From an uncultured Methanoregulaceae archaeon (GTDB taxonomy: Archaea; Halobacteriota; Methanomicrobia; Methanomicrobiales; Methanospirillaceae): 64,000 nucleotides of DNA. Under the pieces are notes generated by a model, which searched no databases, was not told the DNA's origin, and saw only the letters and a program-made list of their open reading frames with translations. Both the position numbers and the translations under genes were made by a program. Shown here in pieces: positions 20,422-31,557 of this stretch. Location: NCBI GenBank assembly GCA_963705255.1, contig OY970061.1:96001-160000 (forward strand). Direction: 5' to 3'. Numbering within the stretch: position 1 is the first letter of the stretch; each line of letters starts with the position of its first letter.

Positions 20422-21614
20422 TCATGCCAGGCCCGTGAGCGGGAGGATGAAGGCAAAGAGCAGGTAGCCGGCAAAGGCGCAGGCGAATGCGAGCGGGATG
20501 GTGATGACCCATGCAATCATCATCTCCCGCACGACACGCCACCGGACCGCATCCTTGCCCCGCGTTGCCCCGACCCCGATGATCGCCCCGTTGATCGCGT
20601 GCGTCGAAGAGACGGGGATACCGTACAGCGTCTCCATCACGAGCGTCCCGCTACTGGCAGTAGCGGCACAGAACCCCTGGTACGGACGGATCTTCGTGAT
20701 CCCCCTTGCCATCTTGTCCACCACCTGCCAGCCGCCAAAACAGGTCCCGAGGTCGATCGCGAGTGCGGCAATGAGGATGACCCAGAGCGGCACGACAAAG
20801 CTCTGCGAGTACGCCGGAAGCCACCAGCAGCGCCGTGATCAGCCCCACGGCATTCTGGCCGTCGTTGCCCCCGTGAGCTGCGGCCTGGAGGAGACATGCG
20901 AAGACATGGAGCGGCTGGAAGATCCGCTTCATCCGGTTCTGGCGGGAGTGCCGGAAGAGGTGGGAGACGATGATATCGAACGTGAAAGCCGAGACCATGC
21001 CGAGTACCGGCGAGATAAAGATGAAGAGTACCTACTACCAGCAGGCCCGACAGCTTCAGGATGCCCGCCACCATCAGGAACGGGATGACCAGTGCACCCC
21101 CGCAGATCGCCCCGAGCAGGGCGCCGAGCCGCACGTCCGCACCGAATGATGCGGTCAGTAAAGCGAGGAGAAGGGCGCCGGCTAAGGCGCCGGCCAGTCC
21201 ATAGAGTATGACATGAATGACGGTTCCCGTGCCCGGGAGGATGATCGCCCCGATCCCCCCGAACGCAACGCCGGCCCCCATCAGGCCGCCGATCATCGCG
21301 TTGCTGCTGGAGAGTGGGATTCCGATACGGGTTGCAATGAAGATCAGGAGGATCGCCGATGCCATGCCGACGATGATCGATGTCGGGGTGAGCGCATTCT
21401 TTGTGACGATCGTCGTCCCGATCGTGGCTGCAACTGCCGTGGTGAAGATGAACGGGCCCAGCATGTTGCAGATCGCGGTGAGGAAGACCGCTTTTGCGGG
21501 CGAGAGCGCCCGGGTGGCGACCACGGTCGCGATGGAGTGCGAGGCGTCGTTGAGCCCGTTGACGAACGCAAGGCCGAGCGCAAGGACGATCCCGAAGAGG
21601 ATGAGCGGTTCCAT
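20422..21614 (-). CDS. PiT family inorganic phosphate transporter (two +1 frameshifts near 21030 and 20805)
   Basis: NGLNDASHSIAT, PLSSS, HGGNDGQNAVG, GIPVSSTH across three frames. Confidence 0.85.
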
Positions 21615-21790
21615 GATGGGTACGGGATCCCGGGGATCTCTCCGGGATAATCCCCGGCCGTGATGGCCGGGGCGGTTGTTGTGTAGTTGTCCTCTTTACT
21701 CGTAAGGATAAAAAAGGGTGGGATGATAGGATCGTCACCGGGACTTGCTGCTGTTTCATGATGAACAACAGCAGGACTATACAACGATGG

Positions 21791-22823
21791 TCAATACCCG
21801 ATTATTACCCGCATGACCGCGAATGCCGCAAACCCGATCAGGGCACTGATGGGGATCGTGAGTATCCATGCCCACATGATCCTCCGTGCCACGCCCCATT
21901 TTACCGTGCTGGCACCCATCGTAGTCCCTACACCCATGATGGACGAACAGATCACATGGGTCGTGCTGACCGGAATGCCTGCCGCCGAGGCACTCAGGAT
22001 GGTCACCGCTCCTGCGGTCTCCGCAGCAAATCCATGGACCGGGCGGAGCCTGGTGATCTTGTAGCCCATGGTCTTGACGATACGCCAGCCCCCGGTAAGG
22101 GTGCCGAGCGCGATGACCGTATACGAGAGCAGGATGACCCAGATCGGGACGGGCAGGTGGTTGGGATTGACCGAAGCGCCGAAATAGCCGATGGAAAAGA
22201 GGAGCGGGATGATGATCCCGATGGTCTTCTGTGCATCGTTGGTACCGTGGCTGAAACTGTAGGCTGCGGCAGAACAGAGCTGGAGTTTTTTGAAATAGGT
22301 CTCGGTCGACTGCTTGTTTGCCCTCTGCGTGAGCCAGAGGACGATTGCCATGAACAGGAACCCGCAGGTGAGGCCAATCATCGGGGACAAGAACATGAAC
22401 GTGGCGACAAGCACGACGGTATCCCACCGGATCGCCGCGAGCCCGGCGGCAGAAATGCCCGCACCGGCAAGTCCGCCGATAAGGGCGTGGGATGAAGAGG
22501 TGGGAAGGCCGGAGAACCAGGTGATGAGGTTCCAGGTGATGGCACCGACCAGAGCTCCGAGGACGATATAGGGAATCACGGCCGCCGCTACAAAGTCCAG
22601 GTGAATGATATTGCTGACAGTATTTGCGACGGCAACGCCAAACCCGAACGCTGCGGCAAAATTGAAGAATGCAGCAAAGACAACTGCGTTGCGGGGCGAA
22701 AGGACCTTGGTTGAGACGACCGTCGAGATCGAGTTCGCCGAGTCATGGAACCCGTTGGTGAAATCAAAGACCAGCGCGATCCCGATGATGGCAGCGACCA
22801 GTCCCCACGTCAGCTTCGATCAT
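21791..22823 (-). CDS. PiT family inorganic phosphate transporter (+1 frameshift in codon 3-4)
   Basis: Corrected N-terminus MIELTWGLVAAIIGIALVFDFTNGFHDSANSIST; GLPTSSSH, HGTNDAQK, GIPVSTTH. Confidence 0.9.
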
Positions 22824-22854
22824 GCCAGCCTCTCAGAGATCCCTGCCATCGCGC

Positions 22855-23484
22855 TCATGAGTGCCGTATGGCGATATCGGAGAGCACGTTCGCGACGTCT
22901 TCACAATAGTCGGTGGCGGTCTCGAGGTGCTCGTAAATGTCCTTGAACTTGATGATCGCGATCGCATCGGTCGTCTTGAACAGTTCCGTCACCGCATGGG
23001 CAAGCACGTCGTCCGCGAGGTTCTCGAGCCGGTTCACCTCGATACAGCGCTCCTCTACATACCGCGGATCCTTGATCGAACGTATCCCCCTGACCGCACC
23101 CTCGATCTCCACCGATGACATATGGATAAGTTTTGCCAGCTCTATCATATGCGAATCGGTGGCATCGATACCATAATAGTACATCTTCTCGGTCGCCCCG
23201 TCGATAAAGTCCAGCACTTCGTCGAGGGCCGACGCGAGCCGGGAGATCTCTTCGGGATCGAGGGGGGTGATGAACGTGCGGTTCAGCTGGTTGTAGATAT
23301 CGTGGGTGATCTGGTCACCCTTGTGCTCCAGCAGCTCGATGGCGTGCCGTTTCTCCTTGACATTGGTAAAATCCTCGGTCAGCGCCACCAGCTGCCACGC
23401 CGCTTCCTTCACCACTGCTGCCTGTTTCTCGAATAAGTCAAAAAAGACCTTATCCTGCGGTATCAGCAACTCGCGTAAACCCAT
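22855..23484 (-). CDS. DUF47 (PhoU-like) PiT accessory protein
   Basis: LEHKGD.ITH, TFITPLDPEEI, LENLAD, LETATD.CED. Confidence 0.9.
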   Translation of the reverse strand: MGLRELLIPQDKVFFDLFEKQAAVVKEAAWQLVALTEDFTNVKEKRHAIELLEHKGDQITHDIYNQLNRTFITPLDPEEISRLASALDEVLDFIDGATEKMYYYGIDATDSHMIELAKLIHMSSVEIEGAVRGIRSIKDPRYVEERCIEVNRLENLADDVLAHAVTELFKTTDAIAIIKFKDIYEHLETATDYCEDVANVLSDIAIRHS

Positions 23485-23689
23485 AACAAACCCAGAGGTT
23501 ATCGGTGAATGTCCTTAAAAAATATAGCGAAATATAGTTGACTCTATACTAACGTCATGTAAAGCAGACCACACAGTACCCTTCCCGTGCTCTCCGGTGA
23601 CCGCACGGAAATCGTAATGATCCGCCGGTCCAGTATCCCCCAGACAGCCCGGCCCGGGCATCTGCCCGGTTAGGGGGAGGAAGGCCAGG

Positions 23690-24319
23690 TCATGCGTGGC
23701 TCATCGAGATATCGTTGAGCGCATGTCCGACATCATTGCACTTCTCCATGACCCTCCCGAACCCCTCGTAAATATCCTTGAGCTTGATAATCATCAGAAG
23801 GTCGTTGGTCTTGAAGAGCTCGAGGACGGCCCGGGCCTGGAGTTCGATGGAAAGGTTATAGATGCGGTTGATCTCATCCGCATGCGTCCGCACATCTTCC
23901 GGCTTTTTGAGGGTGGAGAGCGAATCGATCGCGTGGCAGATCTCGTCGGTGGAGAGCTTGATGAGGTAGGAAAATTCGCGGAGGGTGTCATTGGACTCCG
24001 CGATACCGTAATTGCAGAGCTGGTGGGTGACCCGGTCGATGCGGTCGAGCACGTCGTCCATCACCGGGGCAAGGCGGGAGATCTCTTCCGGTTCGAGGGG
24101 AGTGATCAGGGACTCGTTCAGCTGTTCATAGATGTGGCGGGTGATCTCGTCCCCCTGGTGCTCGATCTGCCGGACCTTGTGTGACTTCTCGGTCCCCTGC
24201 GGCAGCTCGTGGGTGATCTCGTTGAGGACCTCCGCCCCTTCTGCGATTGCATGGGCCATCTCCTTGAAAAGGGTAAGAAATACCTTGTCCTCCGGGAGGA
24301 TCAGATCGCGGATACGCAT
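23690..24319 (-). CDS. DUF47 (PhoU-like) protein, second and more diverged paralog
   Basis: IEHQGDEIT, LITPLEPEEI, KLKDIYE. Confidence 0.85.
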   Translation of the reverse strand: MRIRDLILPEDKVFLTLFKEMAHAIAEGAEVLNEITHELPQGTEKSHKVRQIEHQGDEITRHIYEQLNESLITPLEPEEISRLAPVMDDVLDRIDRVTHQLCNYGIAESNDTLREFSYLIKLSTDEICHAIDSLSTLKKPEDVRTHADEINRIYNLSIELQARAVLELFKTNDLLMIIKLKDIYEGFGRVMEKCNDVGHALNDISMSHA

Positions 24320-24398
24320 GGTTGTTCAGAGCTACCCTTACTCCGGAAGTATAAAAAAGTGCGTCTGACAACGGATTGTTAGTGAGAATGCAACAGAA

Positions 24399-24470
24399 TG
24401 GACCGGGCGGGAATTGAACCCGCGGCCTCTTCCATGCCAAGGAAGCGATCTACCACTGATCTACCGGCCC
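24399..24470 (-). tRNA. tRNA-Ala (GGC)
   Basis: Reverse complement GGGCCGG...CTTCC-TTGGCAT-GGAAG...GGTTCAATTCC...CCGGTCCA with G3:U70. Confidence 0.95.
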
Positions 24471-24533
24471 GCCGCATACTGGCCTTATACTGTTGTGCGG
24501 CATTGGTTAAAAGAATTGTTCGTTTCCGCCCGT

Positions 24534-25658
24534 TCAGGAATCCCGGAGAACCTCCGGTTTTCCGGCGAGCAGCTCCCGCGCCGCGTCCATATCCGGCTGC
24601 TGCAGGATCTGCCCGTCCACGATGTACCGCGACAGGAGCGGCGCCGATCCTGCCGGGGGCGGTGCAGCGGCAGGGAGGACCACATGTTCCCCTGACGTCA
24701 GTTCGTACACCTGTTTTGCCCCGCTCCGCTTGCCCCGCTTGGCTTTCGGCCGGCCTCCAATCCCGACAATGTCCAAGGCAAAGTCAATGACCGGGGCATT
24801 TGCAATCGCCCCGCCGACACCAAAGGCATCGACAATATCCCGGTACGCAGTGACGTCTTCGCGGGTCACCCCGCCGGACAGGAAGATCTTTACGCCGGAG
24901 TAGCCGTGGGTGTCGAGCTCCCAGCGGACTTCCTCGATGATCGCGCGCATGTTCCCGCGGCGGGACCTCGGGGTGTCGAGCCGGACTGCCGCCGCCCCGC
25001 ACTCCGCTGCACGGAGCGATTCCGACTTCTCGTCGCAGTACGTGTCGCAGAGCATGATCCGCGGGACGTCTGCCGGGGCGTTCCGGCCAAAGGACCGCCA
25101 CGCATCTTCCGGTGTCGGGTAACACATCACGAACGCATGGGGCATCGTCCCGACCACCGGCATCCCTTCCGGTGCGCACGTGTTCGAGACCCCGTCGACG
25201 CCCCCGATCCACGCGGCCCGCTCGATCATGGCCGCGATCGCCGGGTGCTGCCTGCGCGAGCCGAACGAGTAGACCGGGCGGTCCCGCGCTGCACGCTTGA
25301 TGTGGGCCGCTGCGGAAGCGATACCGGAAGCATGGCAGAGGAACCCGAGGATCGCAGTCTCGTACCGGCAGAAGTCACGGTATCTCCCGCTGATGCAGAG
25401 CACCGGCTCGTTCCGGTAAAAGACGGCCCCTTCCGGCATCGCATCGACCGTGACCGGCAGCTCTTCGAGAAGTGACAGGACATCGGGCAACCCGCAGAAG
25501 ACCGCCCACGTGTCGGGCAGGGCCGAGGCAGTCACTTCCATGACCACGGCGGGGTTCAGCCCGTCCCGGCCCAGCGCCTCTTCCGTGCGCACGAAATAGA
25601 TGTCCGTGCATTCCCCCTTCTTTATCGCCTCATCGCTGACGGTGAGAAACGTGCCCAT
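24534..25658 (-). CDS. pncB: Nicotinate phosphoribosyltransferase
   Basis: TDIYF, SFGSRR.HP, GTMPHA, VRLDTP.SRRG, SGG, FGVG. Confidence 0.9.
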   Translation of the reverse strand: MGTFLTVSDEAIKKGECTDIYFVRTEEALGRDGLNPAVVMEVTASALPDTWAVFCGLPDVLSLLEELPVTVDAMPEGAVFYRNEPVLCISGRYRDFCRYETAILGFLCHASGIASAAAHIKRAARDRPVYSFGSRRQHPAIAAMIERAAWIGGVDGVSNTCAPEGMPVVGTMPHAFVMCYPTPEDAWRSFGRNAPADVPRIMLCDTYCDEKSESLRAAECGAAAVRLDTPRSRRGNMRAIIEEVRWELDTHGYSGVKIFLSGGVTREDVTAYRDIVDAFGVGGAIANAPVIDFALDIVGIGGRPKAKRGKRSGAKQVYELTSGEHVVLPAAAPPPAGSAPLLSRYIVDGQILQQPDMDAARELLAGKPEVLRDS

Positions 25659-25823
25659 AAAGAAGATCTTGGCGCTCATCCGCATTTACGCTTGCCCCCG
25701 TCAACGGGAAATGCGCTAATTATTAGTGCTCTCTCGCCAACCCTTCACTGAGAAGGGATAGTATGCAGAGAATGTTCACCAGCGGATCTTTTTCTATGGC
25801 CGTGTTCCCCGGCGGGGGTACTG

Positions 25824-26495
25824 ATGCTCGGGATCATCGGCGGCACCAGCCTCCTCTTCTCCACGCTCCCGGAACTGGAAAAACAGCGCGTGGACACGCC
25901 GTTCGGGAGTTCCGAGATACTCTCCGGCGATATCGTGATGCTGATGCGCCACCAGGACGGGCTCCCGCCCCACCGCATCAACTTCCGGGCAAACCTCGCG
26001 GCCCTTGCGATCGCCGGGGTCACCGAGATTGTCGCCTTCGGTTCCTCGGGGTCCCTCAAGCCGAAGATCGTGCCGGGGTCCCTCCTGATCCCCACGGACT
26101 ACATCAGCGTGACCGATATCCCCTCCATCCACGACCACCGGATCGAGCACGTCCGCCCGGAACTCTCGGAAGACCTGACAAAGGAACTTGCCCGCACCGT
26201 CCCTTCAGCCCGCTACGGGGGAGTGTATGTCCAGACACGGGGCCCCCGGATCGAGACCGTTGCCGAGGTGAAGGCGCTGGCATGGATCGCCGATATCGTC
26301 GGGATGACGGTCGCCTCGGAGGCGACCCTTGCCTGCGAACTCGGCATGAAATTTGCCGCCCTCTGCACCATCGAGAACTATGCCAACGGGCTGGGGAACG
26401 AGGTGCTCACCTACGAGCGCATTGTCAGCACCTCGAGAGAGCACCGTCACAGGACGGAAGAGATCGTGAACACCATCATCAGTAAAATGGGCTGA
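25824..26495 (+). CDS. MTAP-family purine nucleoside phosphorylase (methylthioinosine/5'-deoxyinosine phosphorylase-like)
   Basis: GIIGGT, TPFG, RH..PPH.IN.RAN, GPRIETVAE, VGMT, NYANG. Confidence 0.9.
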   Translation: MLGIIGGTSLLFSTLPELEKQRVDTPFGSSEILSGDIVMLMRHQDGLPPHRINFRANLAALAIAGVTEIVAFGSSGSLKPKIVPGSLLIPTDYISVTDIPSIHDHRIEHVRPELSEDLTKELARTVPSARYGGVYVQTRGPRIETVAEVKALAWIADIVGMTVASEATLACELGMKFAALCTIENYANGLGNEVLTYERIVSTSREHRHRTEEIVNTIISKMG

Positions 26496-26500
26496 ATGTG

Positions 26501-27826
26501 ATGACAGACTATGAAATGAGCGGGATTTTCGGGAGAAGCCGTTCCCTGCTTATCACGAACGTGGTGGCGGACAACCGCACCGTCGACATCTTTGTGGATG
26601 AGAGAGGAACCATCGAGGGGATCGGGGAGGGCGTACGAAAAAATCACAGGGGCGAGGCGGATTTCATCATCGACGGCGACGGGGCGCTCGCGCTCCCGGG
26701 CCTGGTCAACACCCACACCCATGCGGCGATGACCCTCCTCCGGGGCTATGCCGACGACATGATCCTGCAGGACTGGCTCTCGCAGAAGATCTGGCCGCTC
26801 GAGGCCCACCTTACCGGCAACGATGTGTACTGGGGGACAAAACTTGCCTGTCTCGAGATGATCCGGAGCGGCACGACCGCGTTCAACGACATGTACTTCT
26901 TCATGGAGGACGCGGCCCGGGCAGTGGACGAATCAGGTATCAGGGTGGTCCTCTCCTATGGGTTCATCGACCTCTTCAATGCAGAGAAGCGGGAGAACGA
27001 GTGCAGGGCGACCGAGAGACTCGCAGCCCACATCCGCTCCCTGCACAACCCCCGGATCAAGACGGCAGTCGGGCCCCACGCGATCTACACGGTCTCCCCT
27101 GAGGGGCTGAAGTGGTGCGCGGAGTTTGCACGCGAACAGGAGATCGGCATCCACATCCACCTCTCGGAAACGGAGAAGGAAGTGAACGACTGCATCGTAC
27201 AGCACGGGAAGCGCCCGGCCGCGCTGCTGGACGATTGCGGCATCCTCACGCCACGGACGGTGGCAGCCCACTGCTGCTGGCTCGACGATGCGGAATGCAC
27301 CCTCCTTGGCAGGCGCGGCGTTTCCGTGTCGCACAACCCGACAAGCAACATGAAACTCGCCACCAACCGTGCGATGCCGTACCGGGCCCTCTCAGGCGCC
27401 GGTGCCAACACCTGCATCGGGACCGATGGTTGCGCCTCGAACAACAACCTCGACATGTTCGAAGAGGTCAAGATCGCGGCACTCCTCCAGAAGTTTTACT
27501 GGAACAGCCCGACGCTCCTCCCGGCTCCGGAAGCACTGGCGATGGCAACGGTGAACGGGGCAAAGGCCCTCGGCTTCGGTACCGGGACTCTTGCGGCCGG
27601 CGCGCCGGCCGATATCATCCTCGTCACTGCCCGGGCTGCCTGCAACACCCCGCTCCATAACGCGACCTCGAACATCGTCTATTCCTGCAGCGGCGGCTCA
27701 GTTGAGACCACCATCTGCAACGGCAGGGTGCTGATGCTCAACCATGAGGTCCCCGGTGAAGAAGAAGTACTCTCCGGCGCTGCGGGGGCAGCCCTCGGGC
27801 TGGTGAAGCGGGCGCACTCCGCGTAA
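26501..27826 (+). CDS. dadD: 5'-deoxyadenosine / MTA-SAH deaminase (amidohydrolase)
   Basis: PGLVNTHTHAAM, GPHAIYT, HIHLSET, HNPTSNMKLA, GTDGCASNNNLD; adjacent to the phosphorylase. Confidence 0.8.
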   Translation: MTDYEMSGIFGRSRSLLITNVVADNRTVDIFVDERGTIEGIGEGVRKNHRGEADFIIDGDGALALPGLVNTHTHAAMTLLRGYADDMILQDWLSQKIWPLEAHLTGNDVYWGTKLACLEMIRSGTTAFNDMYFFMEDAARAVDESGIRVVLSYGFIDLFNAEKRENECRATERLAAHIRSLHNPRIKTAVGPHAIYTVSPEGLKWCAEFAREQEIGIHIHLSETEKEVNDCIVQHGKRPAALLDDCGILTPRTVAAHCCWLDDAECTLLGRRGVSVSHNPTSNMKLATNRAMPYRALSGAGANTCIGTDGCASNNNLDMFEEVKIAALLQKFYWNSPTLLPAPEALAMATVNGAKALGFGTGTLAAGAPADIILVTARAACNTPLHNATSNIVYSCSGGSVETTICNGRVLMLNHEVPGEEEVLSGAAGAALGLVKRAHSA

Positions 27827-27929
27827 GCGGGACGAAGCCACTCTGCAATCCCCCTTACGGTCTCATGCAGATTCCGTTCCCCGGCAAATCCGACATTATT
27901 TTACCTTTTTACGATCAACAGGCGTTACT

Positions 27930-28127
27930 ATGTCGCATCATGAAGCGTTTGAACACCACGATCACCACGACCCCTCGAAGACCTGCCGGTTCTGCTCTTC
28001 CGCTTATTCCCACGAGGAACACCCGTCAGCGTTTGGCATCTGCGAGAAGTGTGCCTACAAGGTCCTGATCGTGCTCTTCATCGTCATGATCGCCGTCTCG
28101 TACGTGGCGTGGTTCGGCGTCTTTTGA
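27930..28127 (+). CDS. Small His-rich, 2xCxxC membrane-anchored hypothetical protein
   Basis: HHDHH, CRFC...CEKC, C-terminal TM. Confidence 0.65.
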   Translation: MSHHEAFEHHDHHDPSKTCRFCSSAYSHEEHPSAFGICEKCAYKVLIVLFIVMIAVSYVAWFGVF

Positions 28128-28518
28128 TCGTTCCGGGGTATATCGAAATTCAATCATAGCGTGTGATTCGACATTTTTCCACGGTTATTAGAGTGATCCC
28201 CTCTTTTTATTTCCCTTCTTTTCAAAAGATTTTCGGCGATCACCTGGGGGCTGCCGCGATACGGGGTCTGCCCCGGGGGCGGGGAATCGATCGTCGGATG
28301 GCACCGTCCGGAAGATGGACAACAGAGTCATCAACGTCAGATCTCCCGGGGCCGGAATGTTTTCAGGACTCCGGCAGCCGCCCGGCTGCACGAATGGTAC
28401 TCGGGCGAATGAGATCCCCGGGAAATACCCTGCTGTCCGATGTCCGCAATCAGTTCCATACGGCGCCTCGCACGGACGGTCCTGCCGGTATTTTTTCAGG
28501 ACCGACAGTTGTGCGCCA

Positions 28519-29961
28519 TCACTCCGCAGGTAAATTGCGGTACCAGCCTTGCGGGTCGGAATGCCCGAATGCCGGCCGGATATAGCTGGTGTACAGGGTA
28601 GTAAACACCGTTTTCAAAACGCCGGGCTGCCTGAACAGGTATCCGGGACGCAGGTAGAACCGCAGGTATGCCGTTAAGAGCTTGCGGGAGACCTGCTGCG
28701 GGGTCAGCCCGTACGCCTCGTACCGGATGACCGGATTGAGTACCGTGTAGCGATCCCAGTCCTCAGTGGCGAGAAGATCCTTCTCTTTCAGTTCCCGGAA
28801 GATCGGGGTTCCCGGGTACGGGGTAAGGATCGTGAACTGGGCATAATCAGGATCGAGGCGGAGGGCAAACCGGATCGTTGCATCCATGTCCTCATGCCTC
28901 TCCCCAGGATATCCGAGGATGAAGGAGGCGAGCACGCGGATACCGCAGTCCTTTGCAATCCTGACCGCATCCTCTGCCATGGACAACGTGATCCGCTTGT
29001 TCATCAGCTGCAGGGTACGAACGGAACCGGATTCGACACCGTAATAAATTGTCGAGAGACCGGCCTTTTTTAATTCCGTGAGGACATCGTGACTGACTGC
29101 GTTCACGCGGGACGATGCGATAAAGGAGACATCAAGTCCCCTCGATCGTATCTCACGGGCGACCATGAGTGCCCGGGAACGGTCAAGCATAAAATTGTCA
29201 TCAAGGAACTCAATGGTATCCACGTTGTAGGTCGAGGCGAGTTCCTCCACCTCGTCGACCACGTTCCCCGGAGACCGCGCCCTGAACAGCCCGCCCATCA
29301 GGTGCGAGGAGGAGCAGTAATTGCAGGCAAACGTGCAGCCGCGGCTGGTGATCATGAACCCGATCGCTGCATCCCTGTTGAAGAGCTGGTATTCATGGAA
29401 GGGAACCAGGTGGCGGGCGGGGAACGGTACCGCGTCCAGGTCCTGGATCAATGGCCGTGCCGGTGTGACGATGATCCCTTCTGTATCCCCGTCTTTCCGC
29501 CGGTACGCAATTCCCCGGATCGTCTCCGGCCAGCGGGGGTCGGTCATTGAGAATGATCTGACCAGATCAACGACCGTCTCTTCGCCTTCACCGATGACCA
29601 CGGCATCGAGTTCGCGGCATCCGGTAAGGCTCTCGACCGGGAGGAATGTGACGTGGGGCCCCCCTATGAAAATGAAACACTCCGGCAGCACGTCGCGGAT
29701 TTTCCTGATGTACCGGAACGCCTTTGAGATCGTCGCGGTCGTTGCGGTCAGGCCTACAAGGTGCGGACGCAACCGCGCTATGATCCCGGCGACCGTATCC
29801 GGCGGGGCGTTGAGAAGGTTCGCGTCAACGATCCGGGGAACGAAGCCTGCCTTTTCAACCGCGCCGGCAAGGTACATGAGGTTCAGAGGCGGCGCTTTGA
29901 GCCCGAGCCCCCTGGCTGTTGCTGAGGTATCGAGGGGGTTGACAAAGACGACCCGGGTCAT
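28519..29961 (-). CDS. B12-binding (class B) radical SAM protein; candidate GMGT methylase (Gmm)
   Basis: PPLNLMYLAG, GGPHVT, GEGE, TSRGCTFACNYCS, DDNF, TPYPGT. Confidence 0.85.
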   Translation of the reverse strand: MTRVVFVNPLDTSATARGLGLKAPPLNLMYLAGAVEKAGFVPRIVDANLLNAPPDTVAGIIARLRPHLVGLTATTATISKAFRYIRKIRDVLPECFIFIGGPHVTFLPVESLTGCRELDAVVIGEGEETVVDLVRSFSMTDPRWPETIRGIAYRRKDGDTEGIIVTPARPLIQDLDAVPFPARHLVPFHEYQLFNRDAAIGFMITSRGCTFACNYCSSSHLMGGLFRARSPGNVVDEVEELASTYNVDTIEFLDDNFMLDRSRALMVAREIRSRGLDVSFIASSRVNAVSHDVLTELKKAGLSTIYYGVESGSVRTLQLMNKRITLSMAEDAVRIAKDCGIRVLASFILGYPGERHEDMDATIRFALRLDPDYAQFTILTPYPGTPIFRELKEKDLLATEDWDRYTVLNPVIRYEAYGLTPQQVSRKLLTAYLRFYLRPGYLFRQPGVLKTVFTTLYTSYIRPAFGHSDPQGWYRNLPAE

Positions 29962-31421
29962 GTGTTCTTCCCCGCGGGGAAACGTTCATGTTCCGGTCGT
30001 CCAATCCGGCTCCCGAGGTTATCCCATGCACTCTGATTTTTTATGCACCCGGGATCGGGGGCTGCAATATCGCCGGAATATGCCCACGCCCGTGCCCGGC
30101 AGCCGCCGCAGATATACTTGTTCGTGCACGAACCGCAGGTACCGGTCAGGAGATCGCGGTTCCGTAACTTTCTGAGTACCTCTGCATCATGCCAGATCTC
30201 TAGAAACGGCTGCTGCCGGATATTCCCGACGTTGATCGGCATGAAGACGCACGGCTGGATATCCCCCTGCGGCTCGATGCTGCAGTACAGCCTGCCGGCT
30301 CCGCATCCGCCGATAAAATCTGCAAGCATCCGGGTCCTGCCACTCAGTTCAGCGCCAAGATAGAAGTGCCCGACGGGGATGCCCTTACCTTCCTCCTCCT
30401 GGATGGCGACCCGGGCAAGTTGCGGGGCGGTGGAGAGCACTTCAGGCATCCGGTTCGGTATATTTTTCGTAAGGATAAATCTGAGGAGATCCTCCCGCTG
30501 GCAGGGAGAAATGTCCCGGTCAGCCATCTCCACACCCCGTCCTGTCGGGATAAAATTGAAACAGATGAGGCGGGTCGCCCCCAGGTCCTGCGCGAGCCGG
30601 TAGATCTCCGGTACCTGGTCATAATTGTCCTTTGTCACGGTAGTGGCAATGCAGGTATATATCCCTTCTTCCACGCAGTTCCGGATCCCGGCAACGCTCC
30701 GTTCGAACGCACCGTCAATCCCCCTCATGGCATCATGGTGTGCTGCATCTTTCCCGTCAATGGAGATCTCAACATAGTCCACGCCGGCATCGTGCAGCTT
30801 TTTTGCCACTTCCGGGGTGATCATCGTCCCGTTGCTGGCCAGGGCGACGTAGAGATCATGCTGGTGGGCATACGCGGCGATCTCAAAGAAATCTTTTCTC
30901 ATGAGCGGTTCACCCCCTGAGAATGCGATGACCACGACACCGGCGCCGGCAAGATCCCGGACCAGGTGTTCTGCCTCGCCGGTATCCAGTTCATCCGGCA
31001 GTGCCTGCTGGGCATCCTGGTAGCAGTGTTTGCACTGCAGGTTACACATATGGGTGAAATCCCAGACTACCAGGAACGGTGCGTTGACGATCTGGGGTCT
31101 GGTGACTCCGTACCGTGCAATGCCATTCAGCACATTCATGAGCCCCCGTTTGAATACCGGTTCCGCCAGGTCTTTCCTGACATCGCTGCTGCTGACACCA
31201 AACAGGTGACTGCCTTTCTGGAGAGTAAATCTGACAATCCCCCCGGCCAGCCTGCATTTCCAGCATAGGGGCATCTCCTTCCCAAGATAGTGGTCGATGG
31301 CATTCGACAACCGGTCTCCGCATTCATCATGTGTTGCGACAAACCGGAGGCAGGCACGCGAGACCGGATTTCCAATCCATCGCCCAACCGCTGCCATAGC
31401 CGATGTTATATCATCTGACAT
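29958..31421 (-). CDS. Radical SAM/SPASM protein with N-terminal extension; candidate GMGT synthase (Gms)
   Basis: APFLVVWDFTHMCNLQCKHC, FSGGEP, GGCGAGRLYC...PC, CGSC...CGGCRARA...DPGC. Confidence 0.85.
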   Translation of the reverse strand: MSDDITSAMAAVGRWIGNPVSRACLRFVATHDECGDRLSNAIDHYLGKEMPLCWKCRLAGGIVRFTLQKGSHLFGVSSSDVRKDLAEPVFKRGLMNVLNGIARYGVTRPQIVNAPFLVVWDFTHMCNLQCKHCYQDAQQALPDELDTGEAEHLVRDLAGAGVVVIAFSGGEPLMRKDFFEIAAYAHQHDLYVALASNGTMITPEVAKKLHDAGVDYVEISIDGKDAAHHDAMRGIDGAFERSVAGIRNCVEEGIYTCIATTVTKDNYDQVPEIYRLAQDLGATRLICFNFIPTGRGVEMADRDISPCQREDLLRFILTKNIPNRMPEVLSTAPQLARVAIQEEEGKGIPVGHFYLGAELSGRTRMLADFIGGCGAGRLYCSIEPQGDIQPCVFMPINVGNIRQQPFLEIWHDAEVLRKLRNRDLLTGTCGSCTNKYICGGCRARAWAYSGDIAAPDPGCIKNQSAWDNLGSRIGRPEHERFPAGKNT

Positions 31422-31480
31422 CGCGACAACACCCTCACGCGTTATTTCGGTGCATTCCGTTTACATAGCTTAACTTCCAA

Positions 31481-31500
31481 ATAGTTGCATACCCAACTAT
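31481..31500. promoter_or_regulatory. Putative MarR operator
   Basis: Perfect palindrome ATAGTTG-N6-CAACTAT between the divergent radical SAM pair and marR. Confidence 0.7.
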
Positions 31501-31557
31501 AATATATTAATATTTCCCAGATTATTGATCAGGCAAGCCCTTTACCCGGCAAGGCTT

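Noticed and set aside
27930-31421. RiPP cluster with the 65-aa ORF as precursor
   Set aside because: The ORF is on the opposite strand, has a TM helix and zinc-finger-like CxxC pairs, and no RRE or peptidase is seen.
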